From assembly GCA_025451235.1 (NCBI GenBank), contig JANWKT010000013.1, positions 81,317 through 145,316 on the forward strand: 64,000 nt of DNA, in the 5' to 3' direction. Below, in pieces: positions 10,657 through 21,451 of this stretch (positions within the stretch are counted from its first letter, which is position 1; each line of letters begins with the position of its first letter). This DNA is from Flavobacteriales bacterium (GTDB taxonomy: Bacteria > Bacteroidota > Bacteroidia > CAIKAF01). The translations under genes and the position numbers were made by a program. The notes beneath the pieces are model-generated. The model was not told the DNA's origin. It did not search any database and was given only the letters and a program-made list of their open reading frames with translations.

Positions 10657-11226
10657 ATGGCTGCTGTTGAAACAACTATGATCCCTCTAGGGTTTAAGGC
10701 ACCTGATTTTCTTTTAAAAGATACTATTTCGGGAAAAGAGGTTTCTTTGAAGGAACTAAAAGGAAAGGCGGCAACAGTGGTGATGTTTATCTGCAATCAC
10801 TGCCCGTACGTGGTCCATGTAAGAGATGAACTGATCAAGTTGGCCCAGGATTTTATCCCGAAAGGAGTAGGCTTTATAGCCATCAGTAGCAACGATGTGT
10901 CCAGGTATCCGGATGATTCCCCAGAAAAAATGAAAGCCCTGGGTTTGGCACTCAAATTCCCCTTCTCATACTTATACGATGAAACACAGGAAGTTGCAAA
11001 AGCATATTTTGCTGTTTGTACCCCAGATTTTAGTATATTTGATAAGGATCTTTTATGTGTATATCGCGGGCAACTAGATGGAGCCAGGCCTGGAAATAAC
11101 CAACCTGTAACCGGTTTGGATATTAGAAATGCATTGGATGCATTGGTTTTAGGAAAGGAAGTGAGTAGTAACCAGGTTCCCAGTATTGGTTGCAGCATTA
11201 AATGGAAGAATGGTGATACAATTTAG
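10657..11226 (+). CDS. Thioredoxin-fold (AhpC/TSA-like) protein
   Basis: FICNHCPYV, YLYDETQEVAKAY, CTPDF, SIGCSIKW. Confidence 0.9.
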   Translation: MAAVETTMIPLGFKAPDFLLKDTISGKEVSLKELKGKAATVVMFICNHCPYVVHVRDELIKLAQDFIPKGVGFIAISSNDVSRYPDDSPEKMKALGLALKFPFSYLYDETQEVAKAYFAVCTPDFSIFDKDLLCVYRGQLDGARPGNNQPVTGLDIRNALDALVLGKEVSSNQVPSIGCSIKWKNGDTI

Positions 11227-11247
11227 AACCAAGCAAACATCCATCAT

Positions 11248-11982
11248 ATGAACCGAGTACTTTTTTTTGCAGCCGTTGCTTTCCTTGTTTCTTGTGGAAA
11301 TAAATCAAAGCAAAACAATTCAACCAACAACACTTCTGATTCTACCAGTTCAGAATCCACCTCTATCGAAACGGATTACAAGACCGATTCCCTACTTGGG
11401 GAGTATATCGGTGGCTTTGGAAACAGCACCATTATTATTGCAATCAATTATATCAATGGTAAAAATGTTTCCGGCTATAATATACTTAAGGGGAACAGGA
11501 GAAATATCAAAGGAGAGATTGAAAACAAAGGAGCCTATTTTCAGTTTACCTTAAACGAACCAGGTGGAGATCCTTATGACGGAACCTTTCATTTCAGCAT
11601 TGATACAAACACCCGTTCTTTAGAAGGTACCTGGTCCCCATTCGATTCTGTTAAGGTAAAACCCAAACGGTACAAATTGGCCAAAAGGGTATTTAAGCAT
11701 GAAACAATCCAAGGCTATGCCGGGATGTGGTACTTAAATGATCTGACCGTGAATTTTAAAAAAGATAAAACGGGAGTAGCCAAAGGGTTCTGGTGGAATG
11801 AGAAGTCTGCTTCCTCCGAAGAAGTGGAGATTCCCTTTTCCTGGTTTGAAGAGAAAAAAGCGGTTTCTATTGAATGGGGAAAAAACAATATCTTTCTGTC
11901 ATCCAAAATGAAATTCACCCACGAAAAAAATCAATACGAAGAAATGTTGCAATCGGGTGACTATATTATGTACCGATATTAA
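11248..11982 (+). CDS. Hypothetical lipoprotein
   Basis: Signal peptide ending LVSC, Ser/Thr/Asn linker. Confidence 0.75.
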   Translation: MNRVLFFAAVAFLVSCGNKSKQNNSTNNTSDSTSSESTSIETDYKTDSLLGEYIGGFGNSTIIIAINYINGKNVSGYNILKGNRRNIKGEIENKGAYFQFTLNEPGGDPYDGTFHFSIDTNTRSLEGTWSPFDSVKVKPKRYKLAKRVFKHETIQGYAGMWYLNDLTVNFKKDKTGVAKGFWWNEKSASSEEVEIPFSWFEEKKAVSIEWGKNNIFLSSKMKFTHEKNQYEEMLQSGDYIMYRY

Positions 11983-12680
11983 TGGGCTCCAAGAAGAAGA
12001 AAGACTTTTCATATTATTTAAAACGACTCCCAGCAATTCTCTTTTCGGGAGTCGTTATTTTTTTCTCTTATAAGATGGCTCTTCTGTCTATTCCTTATCT
12101 CGAGATGAAGCACGATGTTGAATTTTTGAGAACCAAGGGACAGGTATACCATCTTGATTATTGGAGGATCGGTTTCTATGCCCATGTATTCACCAGCGTT
12201 TTTGTTTTACTTGCCGGGGCTACTCAATTTACCCGCTTCATTGTTTTCAGGTATCCACGGATCCATCGATATATAGGTTATAGCTATATATGGCTGGTTC
12301 TTTTTGTAAGCGGACCCGGGGCATTGGCCATGGCATTCCATGCTTTTGGCGGGTTGCCAGCAAAAGCCAGTTTTGTTCTTCAAACCGTCATGTGGTTTAT
12401 ATTTACTGGAGGGGCTTGGTATTATGCTATGAAGAAAAAGTGGACAAACCATGCCGAATGCATGTTGTTGAGTTATTCACTCACTTTTGCTGCTGTAACA
12501 TTAAGATTGATCAAGTATTTGTTTGGCATATTGATCACGAATGGATATTTGAAAGGGCTGAAGCCTATCGATAATTACATTACCGTTGCCTGGCTAAGCT
12601 GGGTGCCCAATATGATCATTGCTGCTTTATTGATCCATTTCGGATTTATCAGATGGTATTTTAGAAAAAAAGCAGTTTAG
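11982..12680 (+). CDS. DUF2306-like membrane protein
   Basis: FYAHV...GATQF...IHRYIG, HAECMLLSYSLTFAAVTLR, WLSWVPN. Confidence 0.75.
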   Translation: MGSKKKKDFSYYLKRLPAILFSGVVIFFSYKMALLSIPYLEMKHDVEFLRTKGQVYHLDYWRIGFYAHVFTSVFVLLAGATQFTRFIVFRYPRIHRYIGYSYIWLVLFVSGPGALAMAFHAFGGLPAKASFVLQTVMWFIFTGGAWYYAMKKKWTNHAECMLLSYSLTFAAVTLRLIKYLFGILITNGYLKGLKPIDNYITVAWLSWVPNMIIAALLIHFGFIRWYFRKKAV

Positions 12681-14032
12681 TCATCTAACAATGACCTTGG
12701 TTTTGGCTTTGCAGGAAAACCAAAATCAACAATAACACCCAGGTTGATCAGAAATCCATATACTCCTGTGCGGTTATAGAAACTTGGTATTCCGCCTACA
12801 GGAACATCAAACATAGAAACCAAGGGCACCGTATATTGAAAAATAGGTTTAAGATTACAAGCTCCATTTGCCAAACGGATTTTATAACCCAGGATGAGGT
12901 TCATATCAAACTGCATATGAAACCCGTTTTCCGCAATGATAGATTCCGATTGATTTTCCTCATCATAGATCACCATTCCTGAACTATTTTTGATATTATA
13001 GTTAGCTCTATAAATACTTGCAAAGGAAAAATCAAAGCCCCCTCCTAAAATAAAATTCCCGAATTCAAGATGAAGTATTGAATAGAGTCCAATACAATGC
13101 AGATTGCCATACTCATCAGAAATTCCTATACTTCCTACCGTATCTGTAGTAACAGCATAGGTTGAATGAAACCTTTTTAATCTAAAACTTGCCCCATTCC
13201 TCCAGAAAATAGTTTTGCTCAACTGCCATCTTAGGCCCAGACCTGTGGTATAACCAAATCCATTGCTGGCGTTTTGTATTCCATACTGGGTTACCAAATT
13301 ATCTGAATTGATCAATGAAAAATTTGCCAAAACAGGTACCTCAAGCCCGAATTTAGAGCCATCGTAAGGAGTGTTATAACTATTATTATTGTTATTATTT
13401 GAATTGTTGTTGTTATTGTTATTGGTCTCGTTTTCGTTATTATGGGTATAATTCCCATCCTCTTTTCTCCATTTTTTACCAGGCTTGCCTTGGGCCACCC
13501 AATCGTTATATTCTTCTACTGTAGCCTCCTTTTCGTCATAGGTATAATAAGCATTATCAATTTTTTGTGCCAAGGAACCATTATCCGAAAAGAATTCCGT
13601 CATATCCTTCTTATAATTCTTCTTGGTCATGATCTGAAATTTCCCTTCATCCCTTTTCTCCACATAATAGTCGGTTACCTCCACATTGTTATTCCCTTTT
13701 TCAATTTTATAAGTATAGGTATATAATTGGGCAGGCCCCTCGATCAACCTTTCCATAAACACTGTTTTCCCATCAACAGGTTTTGCAAAGTATTCCGAGT
13801 CTGCATATTTAAAGTATTGAATATGCTTATAGGTCAGCTTGGTGAATTCCTGAGTTGTGTCATTGAATACGCTAATGCCTTTAGCCAACTTATCAGGCTT
13901 GGAAGCCTTTATTTTTACGCTTAATGTTTCCCCGGTAAGCGTAACAATGGTTCCCTCGACTAATTCTGATTGGGAATAGGTATAGGCAGTAGTAAGTAAG
14001 GTGAAAAATATAAAAATCCACTTGCGGCTCAT
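12677..14032 (-). CDS. Secreted protein with probable C-terminal outer-membrane beta-barrel and poly-Asn linker
   Basis: Signal peptide; Asn run near 13381-13443; alternating-residue strands in C-terminal half. Confidence 0.65.
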   Translation of the reverse strand: MSRKWIFIFFTLLTTAYTYSQSELVEGTIVTLTGETLSVKIKASKPDKLAKGISVFNDTTQEFTKLTYKHIQYFKYADSEYFAKPVDGKTVFMERLIEGPAQLYTYTYKIEKGNNNVEVTDYYVEKRDEGKFQIMTKKNYKKDMTEFFSDNGSLAQKIDNAYYTYDEKEATVEEYNDWVAQGKPGKKWRKEDGNYTHNNENETNNNNNNNSNNNNNNSYNTPYDGSKFGLEVPVLANFSLINSDNLVTQYGIQNASNGFGYTTGLGLRWQLSKTIFWRNGASFRLKRFHSTYAVTTDTVGSIGISDEYGNLHCIGLYSILHLEFGNFILGGGFDFSFASIYRANYNIKNSSGMVIYDEENQSESIIAENGFHMQFDMNLILGYKIRLANGACNLKPIFQYTVPLVSMFDVPVGGIPSFYNRTGVYGFLINLGVIVDFGFPAKPKPRSLLDD

Positions 14033-14234
14033 GCAGAAATCGGGTTGAAAAAATTACTTATTTAATATGTAAAAGTACAAGATAATAACGACTATTTTGC
14101 AACATTTGTTGCAAACATCATGCAAGACCGGGCATCCTTCTCCCATCAATGATCGGATCATCCCATGATTTATGCTTAAAATACTGATAATCAAAGTATT
14201 AAATTTGAAAAAAAGTGAGTTTAAATAAACTTAA

Positions 14235-15149
14235 ATGAGAATGGACCTATTAAGAGAACTTTGTACAATACATGCACCTTCCGGTAATGAAGGAAACATG
14301 AAGCAGTTTATCATCGATTATATTCGGAAAAATCAGGACCAATGGATAACAAAACCGGAAATTATTGAAGGAGATTTTATACAGGATTGTCTCCTGGTAA
14401 AATTCGGCAAACCCACCACTGCTATTTTCGCCCATATGGATTCTATTGGTTTTACGGTAAGGTATAAAAACGAAGTGGTAAAGATTGGGGGGCCGGTAAC
14501 CGGGAACGGAATTCAATTGGTAGGTAAGGATAGTCAAGGAGAAATACATTGTACCCTCAAGGTGAACCGTGATGAACTCTCGGTAAAATTCAACCGGGAG
14601 ATTGATAGGGGAACGGAACTTGTTTTTGCACCTGATTGGAGAGAAACGGATGAATTTATCCAATGCTGTTATATGGACAACCGCTTAGGGATATGGAATG
14701 CGTTGAAGGTGGCAGAAACTTTGGAAAACGGAGTGATCGCATTTAGTACATGGGAAGAACATGGAGGAGGTTCGGTTGATTACCTGGCGGAGTATATGTA
14801 TAAAAACTGGGGAGTAAGGCAAGCGCTGATCTCCGATATTACCTGGGTAACCGAAGGGGTACCAGCAGGGGGAGGGGTTGTTGTTTCGATGAGGGACAGA
14901 GGGATCCCAAGACGAAGTTTTATTGATCATATCATTGATCTTGCTAAAAGATCCGGGATTCCCTTTCAACTTGAAGTGGAAGGAGCAGGTAGCAGTGATG
15001 GAGGATATTTACAATCATCTCATCTTCCTTTTGATTGGTGTTTCATTGGTGCGCCTGAGGATTTTGTACACTCCCCTGACGAAAGGGTCCACAAAAATGA
15101 TATTGATGCCATGTGGAAAATGTACAATTATTTAATGAAGCATCTATGA
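14235..15149 (+). CDS. M42/M20-clan metallopeptidase
   Basis: FAHMDSIG, MDNRLG, WEEHG, SDIT, HSPDE. Confidence 0.85.
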   Translation: MRMDLLRELCTIHAPSGNEGNMKQFIIDYIRKNQDQWITKPEIIEGDFIQDCLLVKFGKPTTAIFAHMDSIGFTVRYKNEVVKIGGPVTGNGIQLVGKDSQGEIHCTLKVNRDELSVKFNREIDRGTELVFAPDWRETDEFIQCCYMDNRLGIWNALKVAETLENGVIAFSTWEEHGGGSVDYLAEYMYKNWGVRQALISDITWVTEGVPAGGGVVVSMRDRGIPRRSFIDHIIDLAKRSGIPFQLEVEGAGSSDGGYLQSSHLPFDWCFIGAPEDFVHSPDERVHKNDIDAMWKMYNYLMKHL

Positions 15150-15180
15150 TATAAGACATATGAAAACATAGGAACACTTG

Positions 15181-15204
15181 GTAGAGACGGACAATGGTCC
15201 GTCT
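15181..15204. repeat. REP-like hairpin with 5' GTAG
   Basis: gtag overlapping agacggac-aatg-gtccgtct between convergent genes. Confidence 0.5.
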
Positions 15205-15241
15205 AAATCTTACGGAAGGTGAACGATAAGTATCAAAAACC

Positions 15242-15994
15242 TTATTCTTTAAACTCTTTCAGCTCAAAGGTTTCACCATTAAAATATCCATAGGTATTAT
15301 ATTTGATCCAATCACCCAAATTAATGTACTTACTTTTACCGATTTCTTTCTCAACCGGTAAATGCCGATGTCCGAAGACCATGAAATCAAAATGCTCTGT
15401 GGTTAGTTTTTGTTTACAATATTGTACCAACCATTCTTTTTCATCACCGAGATAATGGGCATCTTCATCATAATTCGATTTTCTGCTCCGTCGACTGAAA
15501 TAATTGGCAATAGCAAACGCCAGGTTGGGATGAATCCTTGCATAGCACCATTGAAAAAATGAATTGGCAAAGATCTTTTTGATGAACTTATAATTATATT
15601 CACCAGGGCCCAATCCATCGCCGTGGGCCAGGTAAAACTTTTTACCATTGTATTCTTTAGTGATGGGCTGGTGGTATATATCTGCATTCAGTTCTTTTTC
15701 CAGGTAACCAAACATCCACATATCATGATTACCGGTAAATAAATGGATCTTGATACCTCGGTCCGACAACTCTGCCATCTTTCCCAATAACCTTACAAAA
15801 CCTTTTGGCGCTACATATTTATATTCGAACCAGAAATCAAAAAGATCACCCATCAAAAAGATCTCTGTGGCATTCCCCGATATACTATTGAGCCAGCTAA
15901 CGATTCTCTTTTCTCTTTCAAGACTACTGGAATGATCAGGAACTCCCAGATGGAAATCTGAAGCAAAATAAATATGATGATGAGTAGATGACAT
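15242..15994 (-). CDS. lpxH: UDP-2,3-diacylglucosamine hydrolase
   Basis: SDFHLG, GDLFDFWFEY, GNHD, HGDG, FGHRH, NLGDW. Confidence 0.88.
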   Translation of the reverse strand: MSSTHHHIYFASDFHLGVPDHSSSLEREKRIVSWLNSISGNATEIFLMGDLFDFWFEYKYVAPKGFVRLLGKMAELSDRGIKIHLFTGNHDMWMFGYLEKELNADIYHQPITKEYNGKKFYLAHGDGLGPGEYNYKFIKKIFANSFFQWCYARIHPNLAFAIANYFSRRSRKSNYDEDAHYLGDEKEWLVQYCKQKLTTEHFDFMVFGHRHLPVEKEIGKSKYINLGDWIKYNTYGYFNGETFELKEFKE

Positions 15995-18900
15995 TTATAT
16001 AAATAACCTTCTGATACTTTTTATAAAATCAAAATTCTGCAATTGTAAGGTAAATCTTATTCTTTCCCAATATGTAGTGGTATTTAGATCTACAGATTGT
16101 TTGATATCCGAAGAGGCCATGATCGGAAAATATATCTGGAAGGTCCTGTCGGGAGTTCTCAAATAAATGCCCCAATTATAGGCCAGCACCTGGGAGCCTG
16201 GATAACTTCCTGCACCACTATAGGTGCCTATATCAATATAAGCACCGGCATAGATCATCGGTACATCCCACTCTAAATTGGCGGTTAACATCCATCGATT
16301 CGTTTGTCCTACAAAAGTGTTCACCTTAAAATCACCATCACGGTGACTTACCTGTTGACTCAAAAACCCGGAAGATTCGGAACGACCAATATAATATTCA
16401 TTGAATGCATAATCCCAAGGTCCGTTCCATCCACTTAATCGAAAGCGTGTATCGGTAACCATGCTAGGGTCGGTTAAAAAGGTTCCAGCGAAGATCCTGA
16501 GTTGGATGGTTGCTTTTTCTTTGAAATAGGTCCAGGTAACCTTTAACTCATTAAAAAGTTTTACGGCCGGTGTAAATCCAGAAAGTGGTGCAATGGTATA
16601 GTTAATGTTAAAATCATATGCATGCTCTAAACTTACAGTATTTTGCACATCCCATAGTCTCTTGCGGAAATGTACCTTATAATAAACCAGGTTCTGCATC
16701 AGAAATTTCCACCGGCTGTTCAACAACAGTGATGGATCTACCTGTTGTACGATCAATTGATTTTTTATACCTAATTCATGGATGAGGGGTGAATAAATAT
16801 TCCTCCGTTCAAAAACAAATTTAAGTTGAGGACTTAGTTGAAAATACCATAAGGGTGTTCCACTCGATATTCGATAAGTTTGGGTGGTGGTAAAAGTTTT
16901 AAACACCATCCTGTCGGACTTGTTTTTTTTGAAGAAATGGGTATGTGAAATGGATCCCCAAAAATTTGGACGAAGTGATCCACACCCAATCTGCGGTAAT
17001 ATGAACCATTCAGTTCTTTTAGGTAACAATCCATAATTATGTAAGATCATACCTGCTTGCAATCCATCATATAAATTAAAGGAAATCCCTTGTAAGAAAT
17101 ATATATGCCTTCTATAAGGATTTTCGAAAGAGGTAAAATAATTGAACCGGATGGGTTTGGCCACTTTTTTACCATTGCGAATCCTTACATAGTTGTTATT
17201 CAAATCAACATCAGGGATGCTCATTTCATGATCGATAGCGATCCATTGGATCTCGCTACTGTAGGGAATAGTAAGATTGGTTTTGTTATGAACCGGATCG
17301 AATGAATAGGTGTTGAGCTTCTGGGTTGAATTAAAAGTTTCGATATAAATGGGAGTTTCAATCTCTCCTTTGTTCACTACCTCAATGATAAGTTCTTCTC
17401 CTGACTTTTTTACTGTTTTGATCTGATAGTTCAGCTTTTCATTGGTAACCATTCCCTGATCAAAGAACCAATCCGTTTTTTCGCCCATGTATTTTTTAAA
17501 TACATCATGCATATCACCATTTACCGGATGTTTATATTTCCAGGTATGGTAATATTCCTGAATGATCTTTTTAAAGGTTTCTTGCCCACAGATCTTGTAT
17601 AAATGCCAGGTAAATGCTGCCGGCTTTGAATAAGCTTGTACCCAATAATTTTCTTTGGATAATAAATGCGAAGTAGTTTTGGTAGGCTGGTCCTGGTTTT
17701 CCCGGGCGAGCATATAATATTCGGTATGCGATTGCTGATAATAAGGGAATTTCATTCCATCCAGCATATTCGCATAATAATGGATCTTATTCTCCGGATA
17801 TTTCCTGGTAAAGTACAAGCTCTCATAAAAGGTATTCAACCCTTCATCCATCCAATGTTCATCTCGTTCGTTGGTGGCTATGATCCCATAGAACCAGTTA
17901 TGTCCTACCTGCTGTACAATAGGCTCCTCGATGGAATAGGAATGATTGATCCAGGAGATGGTTGGATATTCAGTATCCCCCCCGGTAATATCGTCCACAT
18001 CCACCTGCGAAAAAACTTGATAAGGATAAGGGGCCACTTCGTCACTAAAAAACTCAATGGCTTCTCTTAAATATTGACTGGCATTTTTCCAATAGATCAG
18101 GTGCTCCCTTTTTACAAATGTTTGCAGGATCACAGGGTGATCATCCACTTGCATGGTATCTTTTATTAAAAGAAGATCGGGATCGGCACAAAAAGCAAAG
18201 TCATGTACATTGTTAATTCTATAAACCAGGGTTTTGGTTTTTCTTGAAGGTTCCAATTCCCTTCTTTGAAATCTTCTTTTTTTGGGATGTACATAAGTTT
18301 GGGTGAAGCTCGCTAAAGTATCCAGGCACAATGTTTCTTCCAGGGTCAACAATTCACCTGAGGCGGCGACCACATATCTCTGGGGAACGGTAATATGAAC
18401 CTCATAATTCCCGAATTCGCTAAAGAATTCACCTTTATCCAGGTAGCTCATGGGATGCCATCCATAGGCATCGTAAACCGCCGGTTTGGGATACCATTGG
18501 GTAAGATAATAGGCATCGTCCTTATACCCTATCCTCGAAATATGGGTGGAGGGAAGTTTGATCAAAAAAGGGGTTTCCAGCCGGATGGTTTGCCCTGGAT
18601 ATAAAGGTGTTGGAAGCTCAAGTATCTCAATATCAGCCGTATCCTGACAGGCTTTAGATTCTATAGATATTCCATCCACCTTCCAATTCAGGCTATCAAT
18701 AGAGCCTTTGTAAATAGCATTGGCAAATTGAAGGGATTGCTCATCATGGGCCAACAACTGATTATTAAGGGCCGATCGCTTACTGCCATAAGCATTGGGC
18801 ATCAAATGGATATAAATAAAATGAAGGGCGTCGGGGGAATGGTTGGTATAGTGCATAACGATATGACCACTCAGGGTATTGGCACTATCGTCGAGCTCTA

Positions 18901-19072
18901 CCTGGATCAGGTAATCCACCTCCTGCTGCCAATAAGTTTGGGCCTGCAACTCTTGATTGACGAGGCATTGGAGCAAAACCAGGGTGAATATGTAGACCTT
19001 CAGACGCAACTTCCTTATTATAAGGGTAAATATCCGAAAAATTATCATTCTACCTTCTATAAACCTTAGCAA
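15995..19072 (-). CDS. M1 aminopeptidase-like protein with degenerate active site
   Basis: YWQQEVDY, QWYPKPAVYD, VHDFAF, WMDEGLNT conserved, but HExxH reads QQVGH; true start probably somewhat downstream of 19072. Confidence 0.85.
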   Translation of the reverse strand: MLRFIEGRMIIFRIFTLIIRKLRLKVYIFTLVLLQCLVNQELQAQTYWQQEVDYLIQVELDDSANTLSGHIVMHYTNHSPDALHFIYIHLMPNAYGSKRSALNNQLLAHDEQSLQFANAIYKGSIDSLNWKVDGISIESKACQDTADIEILELPTPLYPGQTIRLETPFLIKLPSTHISRIGYKDDAYYLTQWYPKPAVYDAYGWHPMSYLDKGEFFSEFGNYEVHITVPQRYVVAASGELLTLEETLCLDTLASFTQTYVHPKKRRFQRRELEPSRKTKTLVYRINNVHDFAFCADPDLLLIKDTMQVDDHPVILQTFVKREHLIYWKNASQYLREAIEFFSDEVAPYPYQVFSQVDVDDITGGDTEYPTISWINHSYSIEEPIVQQVGHNWFYGIIATNERDEHWMDEGLNTFYESLYFTRKYPENKIHYYANMLDGMKFPYYQQSHTEYYMLARENQDQPTKTTSHLLSKENYWVQAYSKPAAFTWHLYKICGQETFKKIIQEYYHTWKYKHPVNGDMHDVFKKYMGEKTDWFFDQGMVTNEKLNYQIKTVKKSGEELIIEVVNKGEIETPIYIETFNSTQKLNTYSFDPVHNKTNLTIPYSSEIQWIAIDHEMSIPDVDLNNNYVRIRNGKKVAKPIRFNYFTSFENPYRRHIYFLQGISFNLYDGLQAGMILHNYGLLPKRTEWFILPQIGCGSLRPNFWGSISHTHFFKKNKSDRMVFKTFTTTQTYRISSGTPLWYFQLSPQLKFVFERRNIYSPLIHELGIKNQLIVQQVDPSLLLNSRWKFLMQNLVYYKVHFRKRLWDVQNTVSLEHAYDFNINYTIAPLSGFTPAVKLFNELKVTWTYFKEKATIQLRIFAGTFLTDPSMVTDTRFRLSGWNGPWDYAFNEYYIGRSESSGFLSQQVSHRDGDFKVNTFVGQTNRWMLTANLEWDVPMIYAGAYIDIGTYSGAGSYPGSQVLAYNWGIYLRTPDRTFQIYFPIMASSDIKQSVDLNTTTYWERIRFTLQLQNFDFIKSIRRLFI

Positions 19073-19195
19073 TAGTTATTTCTAGGAATATTTCCCGAGA
19101 ATTTGGGCAGGGTTATTTGATATTTTCAAACAAATCTCTACCTTTGCCCTCCATTAATTTGGACAGATTAACGAAACTCTTTAAACAATATTACC

Positions 19196-19510
19196 ATGTA
19201 CGCTATAGTAGAGATTGCAGGCCAACAGTTCAAAGTGGAAAAGAATCAGGAGATCTATGTACACCGTTTGGATGGCAACGAAGGTTCAAAAGTGGAGTTT
19301 GATTCGGTATTATTGATTGATAATGGAGGAAAAGTAACCGTTGGAGCTCCTAAAATTGATGGTGCAAAAGTAGATGCCAAGATCATTTCCCATGTAAAAG
19401 GTGAAAAAGTATTGGTGTTCAAGAAAAAAAGAAGAAAAGGATACCAGAAATTGAATGGTCATCGCCAGTCGTTTACAAAGATCCAAATCGAAAATATTTC
19501 AGGTAAATAA
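19196..19510 (+). CDS. rplU: 50S ribosomal protein L21
   Basis: [14 protein letters not shown]...FKKKRRKGY...GHRQ. Confidence 0.98.
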   Translation: MYAIVEIAGQQFKVEKNQEIYVHRLDGNEGSKVEFDSVLLIDNGGKVTVGAPKIDGAKVDAKIISHVKGEKVLVFKKKRRKGYQKLNGHRQSFTKIQIENISGK

Positions 19511-19539
19511 TTAATTAACAACGATAAAAATCATAAGCC

Positions 19540-19806
19540 ATGGCTCACAAGAAAGGTGTCGGTAGTTCAAAAAACGGTCGTGAATCAGAAAGCAAACGCT
19601 TAGGTATTAAAATATTCGGTGGACAAAGGGCCATCGCAGGTAATATTCTTGTTCGTCAAAGAGGAACCCGCCATTATGCTGGATTGAACGTAGGAATGGG
19701 CAAGGACCATACTTTATTTGCATTAACTGATGGAACTGTAACTTTCAAAAAAGGAAAAAGCAACAAATCCTACGTTTCGGTGATACCAGAAGTGGTTGAA
19801 GCATAA
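19540..19806 (+). CDS. rpmA: 50S ribosomal protein L27
   Basis: [16 protein letters not shown]...RQRGT...DHTLFAL. Confidence 0.98.
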   Translation: MAHKKGVGSSKNGRESESKRLGIKIFGGQRAIAGNILVRQRGTRHYAGLNVGMGKDHTLFALTDGTVTFKKGKSNKSYVSVIPEVVEA

Positions 19807-19837
19807 ATTTATTACCCGATTTTAAAATTATATGGAT

Positions 19838-19870
19838 AACGACGGACCTTTGGTCCGTCGTTGTTGTTTT
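19838..19870 (+). terminator. Terminator after rpmA
   Basis: aacgacggacc-ttt-ggtccgtcgtt followed by T-rich tail. Confidence 0.8.
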
Positions 19871-19941
19871 ATTTAACCTGGTTTTTGGGGCTGCTTTTTC
19901 GTACATTTATAAGCTCAATCCTTCAATTAAACGGATCTATC

Positions 19942-20139
19942 ATGGAAGAACAAAAAGAAAAAAAATCGAATAACAATAAGGTCGTTGGCTATTTAATGAT
20001 CGTTTTAGGTATTGTGGGGATTGTATCCAGGTTCATTGGTGAACCTAACTGGACCAATTTCAATATACTTAAACTGGTCTTTTCCATTTTAGTGCTCGCC
20101 TATGGAGTATGGACAGTAGTGAAGAAACCCAAAGAATAG
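19942..20139 (+). CDS. Small two-TM protein
   Basis: MEEQKEKK...two hydrophobic helices; ATG at 19942. Confidence 0.6.
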   Translation: MEEQKEKKSNNNKVVGYLMIVLGIVGIVSRFIGEPNWTNFNILKLVFSILVLAYGVWTVVKKPKE

Positions 20140-20183
20140 AAATTATTCATTAAATTTACCAGTAAGTACATATACAATAAACA

Positions 20184-20591
20184 ATGAAAACACTTCTTGT
20201 ATTTGCATCCTCCCTCCTCGTGCTTTGCTCCTTCTCCTCGGAAAAAGCACTGCCGGAAAAGAGTTTACAACCTGGAAATGGGTCATCCAATATTGATACC
20301 CTTGCTATGCTACATATCACCGATAGCATTGCGGCTGTTGAGCTTCAAAAATACGATGAACAAAGTCAGCGACAAACAGGTGTTCCTAAAAGCGTACCTC
20401 ATTTTGATAAAATCTTCACTGCGAATACCACCCAAACCGTTTTTATTGTCCATTATAGTTTTAACCAGAAGAAATTCTATGGAAAGAATTGGGACGAGAA
20501 AAATTATCCAATCACCACTGGATTTCCCGATCATTTCAGTGTCTCTTACGACTTGGTTACAAAAAAAATTACGGTATTATACGAAGGATAG
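20184..20591 (+). CDS. Hypothetical exported protein
   Basis: Signal-peptide-like N-terminus MKTLLVFASSLLVLCSFS. Confidence 0.6.
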   Translation: MKTLLVFASSLLVLCSFSSEKALPEKSLQPGNGSSNIDTLAMLHITDSIAAVELQKYDEQSQRQTGVPKSVPHFDKIFTANTTQTVFIVHYSFNQKKFYGKNWDEKNYPITTGFPDHFSVSYDLVTKKITVLYEG

Positions 20592-20665
20592 GACGGGATG
20601 AGGCTACTTACTCCTTTGAAATATAATTTCATTCAATTGGCCATGCATAAATTTCCAGATGCTGC

Positions 20666-21127
20666 ATGATTCAACTACTCAGAACAGATTCCGATAACCA
20701 GGATTTTATTGGCCTTGTAAAGGAGTTGGATGCTTATTTGGCAGAAAAGGATGGGGAGGAGCATTCGTTTTATCATCAATTTAATCACGTAGATAAAATG
20801 AAATATATTGTGGTGGCCTATGAAAATGGAAAACCTATAGGTTGTGGGGCCATCAAATTTTATAACCACGATATCATGGAAGTGAAGCGAATGTATACCT
20901 TACCTGAAAGCAGGGGGAAAGGAATTGCTACAAAAATTTTGACCGAATTGGAAATATGGGCCAGCGAATTGCAATGCAAGAAGTGTATATTAGAAACGGG
21001 GAAAAGGCAGCCTGAAGCCATTGAATTGTATAAAAAGAGTGGGTATGGATCTATTCCCAATTACGGTCAGTACATAGGCATGGACAACAGTGTATGTTTC
21101 GAAAAACTATTAAAAACAACCATTTGA
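20666..21127 (+). CDS. GNAT family N-acetyltransferase
   Basis: GCGAIK, EVKRMY, RGKGIA, LETGKRQPEAIELY. Confidence 0.9.
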   Translation: MIQLLRTDSDNQDFIGLVKELDAYLAEKDGEEHSFYHQFNHVDKMKYIVVAYENGKPIGCGAIKFYNHDIMEVKRMYTLPESRGKGIATKILTELEIWASELQCKKCILETGKRQPEAIELYKKSGYGSIPNYGQYIGMDNSVCFEKLLKTTI

Positions 21128-21451
21128 TTCTTTCCTTCAAGTTGTTTGAAGTGTAAATCTTATAATTTATTGGTGAAATAGTATAATCCTCATCTGGAGT
21201 AGGTTGCTTAATTTTATCCAGGAAATTCTGTTCGGTGAAGTTTGTATCGGTTTGTTAGATTGGCGAAACGGTATCAGGAACATGGGGGTTTTCCAATCTT
21301 CCTTCCATGACCAACGAAAAGGTAGTCGAGCCTGTAACCCGTTACCCGTACAAAAAAACTCATGCTGAACAGAATTTCTTTTTCTGCCAATATTTTCCTT
21401 AAATTCATTGTCTTATTCTCTGGATGACTTCAACAAAACGATTAAACGAAT

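Noticed and set aside
13381..13443. Phase-variable microsatellite
   Set aside because: Mixed AAT/AAC triplets encoding an in-frame Asn linker; slippage would not shift the frame.
21128..21451. Pseudogene or RNA gene in a 320-bp gap
   Set aside because: No recognisable coding remnant or stable structure by eye.
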